A DNA stretch of 63,247 nt, filler included, from Intoshia linei (GCA_001642005.1; 8 parts of 8 records of this genome joined end to end with filler, not necessarily neighbours in it); one strand, 5' to 3'. Positions 26,227 through 43,900 are shown, numbered from the whole stretch's first letter. Numbers and translations: made by a program. Notes: generated by a model not told the origin, from the letters alone.

Positions 26227-29200
26227 TTAAATTTTAGGTTTTTCATCGGTGGAATTTGAATATGATGTTGATGCGACGTTGTAAATTTGGTTAGCTATAG
26301 GAGCACTTGAATTTAAATATTTCGGATCATAACCAACAAACGATTTATAAAGGTTTTCATTGGTATTACATTGCATCTTCTTATCTCTATAATTTTCTTG
26401 ATACTTTATGGATTGATAAAAACAACTTCGTAAAGTAGCATTAACAAATTCAGTGGGCGAACTACTTACCGGGTAATCTAAAAATTATCATTATAATAAT
26501 GATAATAATAATAACTTACACTTGTATTTTTGTTTAATTTTATCAAAAAATTGATTAAAGTTGCGTCTATCTACATTATTATTGGGTTGATTATAGTTTT
26601 GATAAAATTGTGACAAAACATTATGTAATTCCTCCACAATATTTTTAAGTTGTTCTAAATATTAAATTATTATTAAATATTCATATTAAATAAATGATAA
26701 TAGATACCATGTTCTTTTCGAACACCGTATAATATAATTTTATTCGCTTCAAGTTGAGCCTTTTTCTTTAATCTACAGATTCTTGACGCATATTTGTTTT
26801 TTTCATTTCTTTTAAGATTTTGAATAATTTCATCGTCATCCTTGGTAACTTTGAGACATTTAATCTGATTAATCAATTTGTGCAATTCTTTACCAATAAT
26901 GAGTAATAGTTTAGGACGCGGGGTTATGTCGTTGCCTTCGCCTTTACGAATTTTGGTATTTTTTTTTAAATTTAAACCGACATCAATTAACTCATCATGT
27001 GAATTATTATCGTCATCATAGTTATTTTCATCATCATCCAATAATGTTACAGGGTCAGTGTATTGATCAAACAGTCTTGGATCAAAATCAATTAGTGTCA
27101 AATCTTTGATATTTTTATAATTTTTTAAATTTTCGTTATTTAAATCTTTTAACAATGACGATCTGATTCTATCCTTAATGGCAAGTTTGCTTAAAGTGGT
27201 ATGAACATTGTATTGCCAATAATATCTTTTTTTAGATTTTTTAGTTTTTTTTAACATTTTTACTGTTCCATTTTCGGTATTAAACATTTCGTCGTTTACT
27301 ATTAAAACTTCACGTATTATGGGGATATCCAAAAAGGATCCATCAATATTATCTGAATGTCTATCTTTTCTTTTTTTAGACCTTTTTTCATTGTTTATAG
27401 TGTACAATGGTTGCATTTTATAGTTATCCTCTATGTTGTGAATGTCTTCCAATTTTATTCTCAAGGGTTTGTTGTCAATGTCATATAAAGCATGGTTTTC
27501 GTAATTATCGTACACGTTGATATTCATATCATTGGTATGATGGTTTATATAATTTTTATTCACAAAGTTTGGATTTGGATTTACCTTTCCATAATTTAAA
27601 TTTTCGATAATTTGTACCCCATTAGAATTAATATAATTTCCATTTACTGGTTCTTCCAATGCTATAAAATAAAATTATTAAAAAATTTTATCAATGTGCG
27701 TAACGCATCGTGCATTTAACATGTTAATATTTAATGCAAGTATTTTAATTCACTAAATAATAATGGTCAATTATTAAGTAAATTTACGTTTCTCGACATG
27801 GTTTTATATTATGATGTATTTTTCAAATTATTTTCATTTCAATGATATTTATCAATCATTTTAAAAAGATTAAATGCTTAGTTTTCAAAAATTTTATTTT
27901 AAATTAAACGTTTAATGGTTAATCAATAAATGTATTATATATTCAAGTTCACATCAGTATTACCAGCATTTTGATATGCTACATGACAACAAATGAAAAT
28001 AATTCAATGTATGTGTCATCATAATATGGTGATACCTTTTGAAAGTTAATACTTCATTGTATACCAAGTAGCATATTAAAATACTTCAATTCAGATAATA
28101 AACGCAATTATTCACATTATTTAAATATCCACTTAAGCAATAAAATTTTTTAATACATTATAAAAAAATAAAATAATTCTACTATGAAAAATATCAAAAA
28201 AAATTTAAAACTAGTAATATATTCAAATTTTTAGAATAATTATGTTAATTACCACCATTTAAAACATTTATCAAATAGGAATCAATATGCAATTACTAAT
28301 TAGTAATTACGTTCTAAAACTGGAACATTTCATAACTCATGAACCTATAAATTAAAATATAGGTAAATTCAAGAGATGAAATGCATTGCATCACAATTAT
28401 ATACTTTGACTAATAAATGGAAAATATATATATAAAAATATTTAAAAATTACTTGAATTATAAGGATAAACCATATTGACGCTGTTATATGCATTATTTA
28501 ACTCACAATTTGCTTCGGTAGTTTCATTAACTTGACTATAAATGTAATTGGAATTGTTTTGATTATTAAGTGGGATAGAGCAATCTTCTTGTTTAATAAC
28601 AACATTATTAGAAATTGGTGAAACAGTATGTACTTTTGGCAAATGGTGAACGGTTGAGGGTCTAAACACTTTTTTAACCTTACAATAGAAATTAGACTTG
28701 AAATTTTTACAATTTTTAACATTTGGCCAATATGAATAAATTGTAGCTTGTTGTTTTTGTAAATGTTTAGGCAATAAATGAGGTACATATTTCCAATCTC
28801 TATCCGCAACTTTTTTATATTTGTAATTTTTATTTTGCAAAGTTGTCAATTTAACGTTACGTGGATAATTTTTAATCAAATCGTGTTTATTCACTTTTTT
28901 CTCATCATTTTCAGGTTGACCAAGATTGGAAATGTTGGAAATGTTAGAAAATGTAGATATTGAATCTTCTTGATTCTTGTAAATTGATTTTTTCAAATAA
29001 TTTTTATTTAAAAATTGAGTATCGACATCATTTAAATCGACGTTAAAATTATTGAGATTCATTTCAGTGTCAATTGGTTCTATATGTTGAAGGATGCTAC
29101 AATCTTGGTCTTTGAAATTTGTATCAATATAATTTATATCAAAATCATTGAGATCCATACTGGAGCGAGAAATGTCAATTTGAGATTGATCTAAATTAAT

Positions 29201-29443
29201 AGAAGCGTCTAAATTGATAGGTTTCATTTCTACAACATGTTTGCTTTCTGGTTTAGATGTAATAAGTTTCACGTCCAAATTGGTAAATGTACTGTCTTTT
29301 GATGTAATTTTATTTAATTCGGCCAATGTTGGTCCAATAGAACAATAAGGGTATATATTTTCATCATCATTATTCAAATAACTCAGATTTTGAGAAATAT
29401 TCTCATTTTCACCATTTTTTTCCTCATTATTGTTTGAATTCAT
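26227..29443 (-). CDS. CREBRF: bZIP factor CREBRF / REPTOR orthologue (small upstream exons possible)
   Basis: Motifs are GPTLAELN, KRYYWQYNV, LLIIGKELHKL, KNKYASRICRLKKKAQLEANKIILYG and the spliced C-terminal PTEFVNATL. The stop codon is at 26229-26227. Confidence 0.88.
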
Positions 29444-30043
29444 TCTAAAAATACAATTATATAATTCAAAAATTTTTTTACATCATATTTAGTTATTTCT
29501 CTGGACAAATATTTACTTACTCAAAAATATTATAATATGAAAATTACTTTACCTTATACTACAAATGCTTGTTTAATGAAATAAATATTTTCTCATATAT
29601 GCAATTGTAAAACAAATTGTGTATAACTATGCATCATTTCAATAACTAACTAATATTAAATACGCAATTTTTAACCCGTTCTCATTCACATTTGTTCAAT
29701 TGTTTTGTGTGTACCAGTTTCATACGCGATGTGTTATGTGTAGTGTATGACTTGCATATCCAGACTTCTCTTGAAAGTAGAATTCGTGTTGCCAATTGCG
29801 TATTTAGGTTTTAGTACTAAGTAATACATTTAAATTTTATCTAAGCCATGTATTTTCATTTGATGATTAGATACATTTTAGCTTTGTATCAATTAATGTT
29901 TTAGTTGTACAACTAACCCACTTTTATTGAACTAGATTCTAGTTACTAAAACATTGTAATTGGAACAGTGTACTATTTATCGAATTAATAACCCACTTTT
30001 AAACCTGTATCATAGTGAGATGTATAAAATTTACTCTACATTA

Positions 30044-31000
30044 CACTGTCTGACATTGAAAAATTGATCTCAGATAAAATTATATATTAATAATCCTTAT
30101 TTTTTCACGGTTACTATGATATGCTTCGTATCAAATATACCGCTCGCAATCGGGAATAATTCCACTAATCCTTTTTACATAATAGGATTATGTTGTCTAT
30201 GATATTTACTAAATATACTTTTATTTATTTATTGTTTATTGTTGATTATAAAAATGAATTGTAATTATCTTAAAAAAACACATGTTGTCACTTATAGAGA
30301 CACTCAAGAAATTAATGTGAAGTATATACCGGAAAATTGGTATATCTTCATTGATTCAAACAAAGTCAGCTTCAAATGTATATTAATTGATTCGACTGCA
30401 ACATTTCAACATTTACCTTTATTTTATTCTCGAACATTAAGAGACAGATGAAACTGTCAAATTATGTTTAACTAAAATTAATTATACAGAATACAATTGG
30501 AAAATATGTTGCGACTTAAAAGTTGTCAGCTATTTGACAGGGATGCAAAGTGGTTACATAAAATATCCATGTTTCATATGTCTCTTTGATTCACGTAAAA
30601 GAGATAAACATTATATTAAAAAAAATTGGAATATTAGAAGTATTGACCCTGGTTTTAATGAAAAGTTTATTAACAAAGAAAATATTATTTTACCTCCACT
30701 TCATATAATTTTAGGTCTTGTGAAGCAATTTATGTGTAGATTGGATAAGAATCATAAATCAATTAATGAAACCAATAAACCTCATTTTGTATTAAAAAAA
30801 ATATTCCCACATTTATCAGATGCTAAATTGAGTGCTTTGAAATGAATTTTAAAATTGGTATTTTAAATGGCCCAGAAATTAAAACATTATTAAAGAGTAT
30901 AGAATTTCGAAACTCATTAAGTTAAATTGAATTGAATGCATTTAATAGTTTTGAAAAGATGGATACTGTTTCTCGGAAATTGTAGAACTGTTGATTTTGG
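30044..31000 (+). mobile_element. Degenerate Chapaev(3)-like (CMC superfamily) DNA transposon
   Basis: Motifs are WYIFIDSNKVSFKCIL, WKICCDLKVV, GMQSGYIKYPCFICLFDSR, LPPLHIILGLVKQF and GILNGPEIK. A candidate 5' terminus is TTA|CACTGTCTGACA at 30044. The family assignment is from recalled motifs. Confidence 0.6.
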
Positions 31001-31118
31001 TGTTTGAAATTTTGCATCTATATCAACTGAAATAAGCTGTATTAAATAATCTTTTTTTTTTCAATTCTAGGACCATTCATTATTTCAAATTTTTTATTTT
31101 AACCCTTAGACTCTAGAG

Positions 31119-33760
<2,642 letters not shown>

Positions 33761-34629
33761 CTCTAGAGCAGCCATTCTCAACGGTGTCCACAACACTTTT
33801 GGGGGGGTCCATGAAAATTATATACATTTATTACATATTATAGACATTTTCAGTAACATAAAGTCGTTTTTAAAACATAAAGGCTCAGAAATACTAATAT
33901 AAAACGTGAAAATCATGTAAAAGTAAATTCTTTGGTATTAAATTAAATTACTTACAAGTGTAAAAACTTATTGGGAAACCTCCATTGTTCTATTTTAGGA
34001 GCAGCGTTTTTATTTAATTATTTTATTAAAATTTATGACCGAGCCAAGTTTCTAGTCATATTAAAAAGTTTTAAATTTCAAATTGAAAATGGGACAAAAA
34101 ATCAGTCAATATTTATAATTTCTATGAAACATCAACCAAGGGATATAAAATATTAATTTTTCACAGGGAGATAGATAATATAGACTTTTTATTGATCTGA
34201 TAAAATATGTAGTAAACAATTAATAATGTACTGTAAACAATACCTGAAAAAAATGTTCTATTTTGGGATCATTGACGGATTAAAGGTAAATATTAATAGT
34301 TCATCAAGTTTATCATTTCGCAAAAATATAGTACTCTATGTCTTTTGATCATCATTTGTTTCACTTAAATGTAATAATTCATTAAAAATTGTGTATAATT
34401 TTTTTTCAATATTAGTTTTGTCAAAATGTCTTTCATTCTAAATAAAAATATCCCGGGAAGTCGAAAAAAATCTGAAATTGTTGAACAATGTTATAGTCAT
34501 AAAAGTCGATCATAATCGATTATAATCACCGAGTAGAATTTTATAATGTTAAACGTTTAATTTGTTCAATTTAACTCTCAAATCGAGAGTCTCGATTATT
34601 TGATTTTTTGTTGGTTTGTTAATGCATCA

Positions 34630-35400
34630 ACAAATATTTGTAGATATTGTCAATATCTACATATTTCCAATGAAGAAATGTGGGTGAAAATCAATATAAT
34701 TCATTCCTTCGGAATTTTTGTATTGCTACGCAATTTTTAAATTTCAAATTTTCATCTTCAAAACATTTTGTATGAAATTTAAATTAAAACTACTACACGA
34801 CTAATAAAAGTAATACAACTTTGTTATTATAATTTTTATATTTATTACAAGTTTTTTAAGTATTTATTAAATTGGTACTGAATATATATCATCACATTGA
34901 AAATGACAAAATAGATTTTTAGACAAAACAAACAAAGCATTTTATATAAGTAGGGATTTTTTTAAGAATTAAGGATATGATTTTTCAAATTGCTCAAATC
35001 AAAATTGGCCATAATTCAATTAACGCCACTGGGAGCGATATCACCCACTATTACAACTTTGTTTTATAGCATCAAATTTTTAGATTGATTTTTGTGATTA
35101 TACATAACTTGCTTGACTGTTATGTACTACATACAAACAGCACCTAGCTCTGCCGAGGGCACATTTTTTTTATATTAAAAAAATAAATTCATGTTGAAAA
35201 TCTAACTTAAAAATTTTACTATTCACTATTATGAATCCTTTAAAGGAGTGATTCCCAAATTTGTTTCAGGTGGAACCATCATATCACATTACTTTTTACT
35301 TTAAACTGAATTATTCTATCTTAATTTTTTGTGTATTAACATTTGCGTAAAGAATTTTAAAAACAATTGTTATCCCATTTTTTTAATTTATTAGACGAAT
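34630..35400. mobile_element. Helitron-like element, copy C (plus-strand internal part 34630-34920, minus-strand 3' part 35108-35400)
   Basis: The first part matches 23170-23510 directly. The second matches the reverse complement of about 23660-23943. Confidence 0.6.
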
Positions 35401-36212
35401 GTATTTACAGTAAAATCTCCTTAATCTAAACTGCCATTTTGATTCAATACAAGAAATAATTAAACTACAATGATTATTTACAATTTTTAATTTGACGTTT
35501 TTATGACTCTACTAAAAATAAATAAATATAAATGTATTGCAAACAATGGAAATTTTTATTTCAAAACATTTTGAAAAAACTTGTAGCAATAAAACATACA
35601 ATTGAAAGTTTACACGAATTATTAATGTAATCAAAACATGATTTTGCACAATGCGATTTTCGCTAACTAATTTTTATATTTACTCTGCTATTTCAACTTA
35701 GCATGAGTAGAATTAATAAATTTAATTATTAGTTATATATAGAGATTTTCAATCTCTTAAATTACTATAATATACATTGTATACATATACATTTATGTTT
35801 GTATACTATTGTAAATAATAATTAAACTTTTTTGAAATTTAAACCATAAAACTAATCCTGATATTAATATTATTGCACGCGTACGGTAATCATTACTTTG
35901 CATGGTTTATATATTATGACTTGATTGATACTTTAATAATTAACTGTTTAGTAATTTCGCACTTACAACAAAGGTCTAAATATAGCGGATTTTTTCAATT
36001 TAACATTTTTCAGATGCAGAACCAAATAAATGAGTATAAGAAGAAGCATAACGAACGTGTCGCCAGAAACTACAATAAAACTGTACCAAAAACGATCAGT
36101 TATTAATTCAAAAATTTCATCAGTAACGACCCAATCTCATGCAAATTTCAACAAACAATTAACAAAATAACAAAATACAAATAAACAAAAAACATTTATT
36201 GTATCTGAACAT

Positions 36213-38186
36213 TTAGTCTTGTTTAATTCCAACAGTAGACAATTCATGAACACACATAAGTCGATTATTAAAAATAAAAGCAACAATTTTATCAATAAAA
36301 TACCACAATGGTACTGCAACAGCCAAATATTGAACTAATGCCCATTTCAATATGTTCCAAATGTTTGCATAATGTCTATAAAAAAATTAGTTTTATACAA
36401 GTACAAAGTAGCATAATGATTATTGTCATTATTATAAATTGCTATATATTAAATATCTATCGATTAGTATGGTATACAATATATATGTATACAGTATGGT
36501 ATATCAGTTTTTCCTAAATATAAAAGTGAACGAATCCATTTTTCAATTAATTTTTTCACTGAGCCCTTAAAAATTGCTAAATTTTATTTCTAATAAAGCT
36601 ACTATATGTAGACTAATATATTACTTAGAATATAATCTTTAAATAATGGTAAAATGGAGAGAAATCTAGGTTTCTGAGATTAAAACCAAAATTTTAGAAT
36701 TTTCAGTATAAGAATAACGATTATTAGTTTTTGAATAAATTGGGAATTTCGTTAACAATTACCAGAGTTTTTGACCTTGAAGTTGCAAATTTCTTAGATT
36801 AAAATTAATGATAAAAATTTTTACCGAAAAAACCTTTCTAGAAATTGTTTATTTTAAAATTGTCATTTTTATACATAAGTAGTACAAAATATTCCGCAAA
36901 TCCCAGTTTAAGTAGCACTGGTATATATAATCGATCCTGGTATTATAATGCTTATTATCAAGTACAATTATTATGTATTATTATTACCATGATAGTTATT
37001 AAGCAAGCTCATTATTAGTAATGAACTGGGTGCGTTTGAAAATTTTACTATTGTAAAGTGTATGGTTGTTACAGTAGTAGTGTTGAAATGTTGAAACCAG
37101 GAGGAAACCTTATAGATGAACTTTTATACTTTTTCTGAAAAAGAACTAAGTTTGACAAATTATCAAACAAATTAAATAAACGTAATATTTTTAATTGAAT
37201 TAAGAACGGCATGGATTTTGTGTTTATTAAAATTATAAGCTCTCATTCAAAAATCATCTAAAATCCCTTCATTAAAAAAAAGTGTAATTTGGTGTTTTGG
37301 CCGTGATGGTTTTATATTGAAATTTATCTTATTTTCTGAGTCGGAAAAAACTAACTTTGATTTTTTTGTTTTTGAAATTTTGCGGTATAATTTATAATAT
37401 TGTAAGTATAATTTCTTACTTGTATGTTTGTTCAGTATAATCAATAATTATTTCGGTATTAAATGTATAATTTCCGATTCGTCCATATTGCCAATCCTCG
37501 ATGAGTTTATTTAGTTTAGGTTGGTCTAATTAAATTTATAAAATTACAATTATAAACATGAACAATGTTCATTGAACATGCATGCAATTACAAAAGCAAA
37601 CTTTGAAATTAGTTTTTGAATTTTAGTGATTATAATCACTATATACATATATATGTATTAATAATTTGTAAATAATTATTGACTGCAATATACATATTGT
37701 AGGTGACTATTTTAGTTAATACAAGTAATACATAGTATTATAATATATTATTATTATATATATATTATTATTTATATGACATGCGTGAATAATAACAATA
37801 TGATAATACAGTGTAACCTCTTTAAGTCAAAGTTAATTCAAAAATATCACGCTTTGCAAATTGTAATATCTTAGTAACATTTAATTTTACTAGGTTACTA
37901 TATTATCATGTGATATTAGTGATATCCTACCACGCACAAATTGCCTCTAAAATTGCAAATAAAAATTTGTACGAATCTATCGTTTTGACTTAAAGACGTT
38001 CCACTGTATTTGAAAAGGAGTAACGTAAAATCGTCAACAGTATGAGTATTACGAAAATTACTATTTATGAATATAATGATATACATAATATATAAATAAA
38101 TTACATGGACGTTGAATATAATCATCTTGAATTTTTCGTAATTTAAAATTTGAGTCATAAGGTGGCTTGTCATTGATTACATCATT
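36213..38186 (-). CDS. TMEM231: Ciliary transition-zone protein TMEM231, last three exons
   Basis: Exons 38186-38105, 37525-37420 and 36375-36213 splice in frame. They give NDVINDKPPYDSNFKLRKIQDDYIQR...WQYGRIGNYTFNTEIIIDYTEQ...NIWNILKWALVQYLAVAVPLWYFIDKIVAFIFNNRL, matching the TMEM231 FWExxKFAWVQY...FVFQNQV region. Confidence 0.8.
37809..38006. mobile_element. pogo/Tc1-type MITE in a TMEM231 intron
   Basis: TIRs are CAGTGTAACCTCTTTAAGTCAAA and TTTGACTTAAAGACGTTCCACTG, with TA on both sides. Confidence 0.85.
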
Positions 38187-40065
38187 CTATATATATAATT
38201 ATACATGTATATTAGGGGTGTGAACGAATTTTTATATCAAAAGTGCACCCTTCCACCATATGAAAATTTTGAAAATATTCAATTTGCACCCAATCTTACC
38301 TCTCAACTGTTAAAAAAAACCCTGGGGCATCGCCTATAAAGTTTTGAACAATATATCGCAGTAACTAATATATAGCAATTTTCTTAAAAATATTATTTTA
38401 AATATAAAATTTTTTATACAAATAGCTATNNNNNNNNNNNNNNNNNNNNNNNNNNNNNNNNNNNNNNNNNNNNTTAATTAATTAANNNNNNNNNNNNNNN
38501 NNNNNNNNNNNNNNNNNNNNNNNNNNNNNTTTATAGTTTTTACTTTTTTAGGGTTGTTAAATATTTGTTCTTGATCATACACTGGATATGATAAAGAAAA
38601 TGTCTTAAATCATGAACCAAAAGTGTTTAAATTAATTACAATTGGGGTGCCTAAGATTTATGTCGGACACTGTATTCTTGAATATCATTATAACTATTTT
38701 GTATGTTAAATTTAAAATGTCAAGTCAAAAGCGTTATAGAAGTGTCTAGGGTCTATATAGCACAATACAACGTTTATAAAAAAAATTAAGAGGATTATTT
38801 TTTAGTTTCGAGTAACATTGAGTTGAGTAGGTTCGGTCTGAATTTTGTATGAAAATAAAAAATCATCGAGTGCAACCACCACTTACTGCAATTACTAAAA
38901 TTGAAAAGTTTGGCAAATAATAAAAGAAAATGTCTAGGTAATGGCTAATAACAAAATTGAATGTATGTGTGACCGTTCATTTAAAAAGGAATAGTCGTAG
39001 AATTAAAAAAATCTAAATGTCTAATACAATTTTATGTAGTTAATGTTTATATTTGTTTTATTTTCAGAAATTTAGTCTTTCAGGGTCAAAAACCTAATTT
39101 TCCTTTTGTTTAAAAATAAAATCAGTCTTAAAATTTTATAAAATATACATTCTGAGATATTTTTTAAAATATAACCATTATCATAAATAGCAACCTCAAA
39201 AAAGTGCATTTCAAGATCAAAACCCCAGGTTATCCTTTTTTTTTAAATGAAAAGTCCGAGAATTTTAAAAAAATATACAAAGTAATACATTATATACCCC
39301 TAACACAAACATAAAATTTCAATCTGACAAAGTGACGTCTTAACGGTAAAATAAGCACTTTGGTATCTGTTTTATTAAAACAAAAAATTTGAAATAATTG
39401 AAATAATAATCGTATTAGAATTTATAAAAAATATTATTTTGATACAGCTTATTCCAGTTGGTATAAATGTAAAACTTAAATCCCAAAAATCTAAGCAATC
39501 CATGTGAATAATAATAAAATAAATTTTAATCTCAATCGAAAAAATTTTCATAATACATGAATTGATCAATGGAATTAAGAAAAGTTAATATTTTAGATAT
39601 ATTTTATATATATTTTATATAAAATTTTTATTTTGTTCGTAATAAGTAATATTACTAATAAAAGTCGCAAAAATTATTGTTGTTCATAAGGGGTCTCGAG
39701 GTATAAAACGTTGAAAACCAAAGTAATAGAACGAGAAAATACGGGCATTAGTATTAAAAGAATTAAAAATAAATTAACATAAACATAATTATATTAAATT
39801 AAAAATTATATATTATTTTTTTATTTATTATTTTTTAATTTTCATCACTTCATTGCAATGAATGGTATTTTTGCTTGAGTTAGATGTAACTATTGGTTTC
39901 AAAGCATGGATAAATGTAATATAACACATCAAATTAACCAAATATGAGATAACCCTTATCATAAGGGTGAGTTGAATCTACAACTTATAAAAAACAGATA
40001 AAGTTAAACTTTAACTTTTAACCATGCTAACATTTGACCATTAAAATTTTAAATATAAAGAATAC

Positions 40066-40457
40066 CAATTCCTGTCGAATAGCTACATCCTCGACATTTT
40101 TTCCGTTTAAAACTTGATATACTTAAATTATAATAAAATAATAATAAAAATTAAATTACCCCAAAATAAACTATTAATTACATATAAATCATTTAAATCA
40201 AATTTTGACTTTTCAATGTTGGTCATCTTTAAAATAATTATATAATATATTCTAACGTCTAACGTATACTTTGTTTTCCAAAATGGTATTTTTAATTGAA
40301 TGGGTTTTATTGTACAAATCATCGATAATTTTAAGGTGTTCATAAATATTTTCAATTTTTCTATTAATTTCAACTGGTAATTTTTCATCTTCAATTTCAA
40401 TCTAAATTTTTTTACAAATTTTAATGGAGTAATTACAGTGGGTTCTTTATTAGACAT
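40066..40457 (-). CDS. C1D: Nuclear exosome cofactor C1D/Rrp47 (terminal exon uncertain)
   Basis: Four spliced exons give MSNKEPTIEIEDEKLPVEINRKIE...IEKSKFDLNDLYVINSLFWVYQVLNGKNVEDVAIRQEL. This matches the C1D pattern PVEI...AKVDL...YTLNSMFWVYL..QG....VKQEL. Confidence 0.8.
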
Positions 40458-40977
40458 TTTCTATATTTGTTAACGATTAAAATAAAATGAAAATGTATGT
40501 TAATTGTGGTAATTATGGTAATTGTAACAAGTAAAGTTATTTTGAATATAGATACATTTACATTTAAGTTAGAAATTCCAACTTAGAATGTAAAATTTAC
40601 GGGTCTTGTTTAGTTGAACTTAAACTTACATGAATGTGATTGAAACAAATTTGTTGAATGTCATATTGCGTAGTTAAAAACTTGAATAGACAAATATATT
40701 ATTTTTTTATATATTTTTTAATTATCATTATTTTATATTATTGTTTCTGTTTTTTTTTATTTAACATCTAAATCCCTATTTTCCACTCGCTTTCAAAAAT
40801 TTATTTAGATAAAAAAATAAAAGTATTAAATTGTTGCAAACGTTTTGAACATACAAAAAATTTTTTGAACAAATTTTTAAAAATATTTAATCTCTAAATC
40901 TACATCTCTAAATGTATTATTGGGCCAACAGTAACAAATCATAAATGTATATATTGGAAATTACAGTTTATAATTTT

Positions 40978-43900
40978 ATGGAAACTAGTAACAATGTGCA
41001 AAGTATTGTTGTTAGTAGATCAAAACAAATGCATTACACTAAATCACCCATCAAATTAAATATATTCGATGCTGCTAAAGTCATTTATTTAATTAATAAA
41101 TTTATATTAAATTTAAATGTAGTTTGACTTAAGTAGTATAAATAACTTTAGGCTGGAAATATTCAACAATTAAAGAAATTTTTGAATGACGGTTTTAATA
41201 TAAACGAGAAAGAAAAATCTAGACAGCAATTTACACCACTCCATTGGGCATGCCACCAGGGTCATTTAGAGGTAATTAAAGATTAAATCAGATATTATCA
41301 ATCTTCTATTATATACTTTCATATTTAACATTTTATTGATGTGCATATTTTTATATAAGGTGGTAAACAGACCATCATTTGACCGATTTGATTTTTTTGG
41401 TACAATAAAAGAGTGCCCTCGGCAGAGCTAGGTGCTGTTTGTACGTAGTACAAAACTGCCAAGCTAGTTATCATATAATATTAAATATATGCATTGGTGG
41501 GTAATAATTTAATCTCACTAAAACTTATTAAACAGGCAGTACACTGGATTTTGTGGAATGGAGCCAATATTTCGAAATGCGCAAATCATAATTGGACCAG
41601 TGTTCATGTAGCAGCGATTCGCGGAAATGATGCATGCCTAAAAGTATAAATGGCTTAAATATCTAATATTTATAATTTTAAATGTAGGCCTTAATAAACA
41701 CTCATTGCAATTTAACGTTAGTAGACGACATGGGATGTCAAGCTACTCATTTAGCTGCAATTCATGGACACAGTTTTACCTTAAACACAATTTTAAGAAC
41801 GGGAGTAGATGCTAATGCAGTTGATAATAATAACTGGACTCCGATTCATCATGCTGCATTCTATGGGCGATTGGGTTGCCTCCAAGTAATTAGAAAATGG
41901 GGAGGTGCTTTTGATGTAACCGATTGTCAAGGTTTTTTATAAATACAAGCAGGCCCTATTTAGTATATTTATAATAGTGCAAATTAAAAAAAACTCAATT
42001 TCATATTTTATGACTTATTTTAAATTTGTTTATAATTCAAAATTTAATGGAAAAACGTAAACCAACAAAATATTAATTTTTTTTATATTTTTTTTGATTT
42101 ATATATTATTCAGTTTTTGATTTTTTAAATTTACTAACTATATAATAACATAATACTTAAAAAAATAAATTAACGTAAATGAATATTTTATCCAAAAATA
42201 CTGACTGTACTTGAAGTTGTTGGTATTGCGTGAAATGAATGAATTCAGAAAAGAAAATATATTTCCTTTATATTTTTTTTATTTATATATGTTTTTAAAT
42301 AATTTACTAATGACTAATTCAAAAGCATAACATTAGAAATAAAACATCTAACTTAGTGTTTATCAAGATTTTTCCATTGAGGCGTAATTTAAAGTAATTT
42401 TAAAAATTGACTTACAAGCAGATAAATATTTAAAATTTTACTTATGTTGAATATTTACTGATTATCTTCACTATTATATAAGATTTTTCCAGAAAAAGCT
42501 GAAAATTCAAGATAAGTTGGGTAAAAAAATTTAGATACAACTGACTGTAAAATTGTATACAGTTCGGTTTAAATTTTTCGCATGGCACACATAAAATTTA
42601 GCGGTCGAGAAACACTGATCAAACGTATCATTATTATCGAGAAATTTCGTTATCGTTGAATTAAACTGTGCGTTATTATTTTATTAAAATTTTATTTTAT
42701 AGGAAATACACCTTTACATCATGCTGCGGCAGAGGGAAATTTAGAGTGTTTGAAATATATGGTTATAGAAATCTGCTCAAATTTACAGACAAATGAGGAA
42801 GATAAGGAATCATACCAAAAACCAGATGCAAATATTTCAATAATTGATTCTATGCATCTATCAAAGATTAAAAAACCTAAAGTAATAATTATATTTGATG
42901 TTTTTATATATGCACTTTCTACACATGAATATTCTTGATAAATTAACATAAATGTAAATACATTTTATGTTTCAATAATATTTTGATAATTTTATAAATT
43001 TTAGAAACAATGTTGTATCTTTCTAAAGGATCGTAATAATAATGGGGATACTGCACGAATGATAGCGGAACAATTTAATAAAACTAACATTTGTGAATTT
43101 ATTGATATTTTTGAATGGAACTCTGAAAACTACCAAGAAAAAAGTGGTAATAATACATGTCGTATACCACAAACAACTTTTTTACACTGGATCACTATAC
43201 CCATATCAGAATAAACATTTTTCACAAAAAAATATAAAATTAAATTTTTTTAATGTATCATGATTCATTATCATGATCTCCTTAATTAGTTAATTTATCG
43301 GTTACGTTCTAGAATTCTGCAACACGGTCCGAAGAAAATTCGGCACGATCGAAACAAAAAGTTTGGATCCAGATGACGAGATATCATAAATTTGTGTTGG
43401 TTTTCGGTTCGTGCTTTGGATCGTATTGCAGTAATATATTACATGATATCTTCTTTATTTTCACTGATTTTATCATTTTCCCTGTATCCCTCGGGTCTTA
43501 TTTAATATTGATAATTTATACTAATATATACAATTTTAAGATTTGCGATTCCCTGGACACGTTGCTGCTTATACTAACGATTTATCACACATACAATTTC
43601 TAATTGATCACGGCTTAATCAATTTGAACGAAAGAGATCATTGTAATTCAACTATGGCGCATAAAGGTGAGAATATTGCAATATTTCATATTATTATTTT
43701 CTGTTTAGCTGCGGGACAGGGCCATATGAAAATTTTAAAATGGCTAATTGAAATTGGAGCATCGATGGATTTGGTCAATAATAGGTACATGATTAGTTAT
43801 ATTTTTAGAGTATCCTCCTTCCATTATAATTAGTAAAGTTAAAAATTTTTCGAATACATTTGTATTTAAAAAATTCAAAAGAAATTTTTTTGCAGAAATG

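Noticed and set aside
34246-34437. Minus-strand exon-like segment with two in-frame TAG codons, suggesting stop-codon reassignment
   Set aside because: LST8 terminates at TAG, and the conserved genes show no in-frame TAG. A decayed sequence is the simpler explanation.
40128-40457. The 109-aa ORF as the real product
   Set aside because: It reads through introns. The spliced frame gives C1D.
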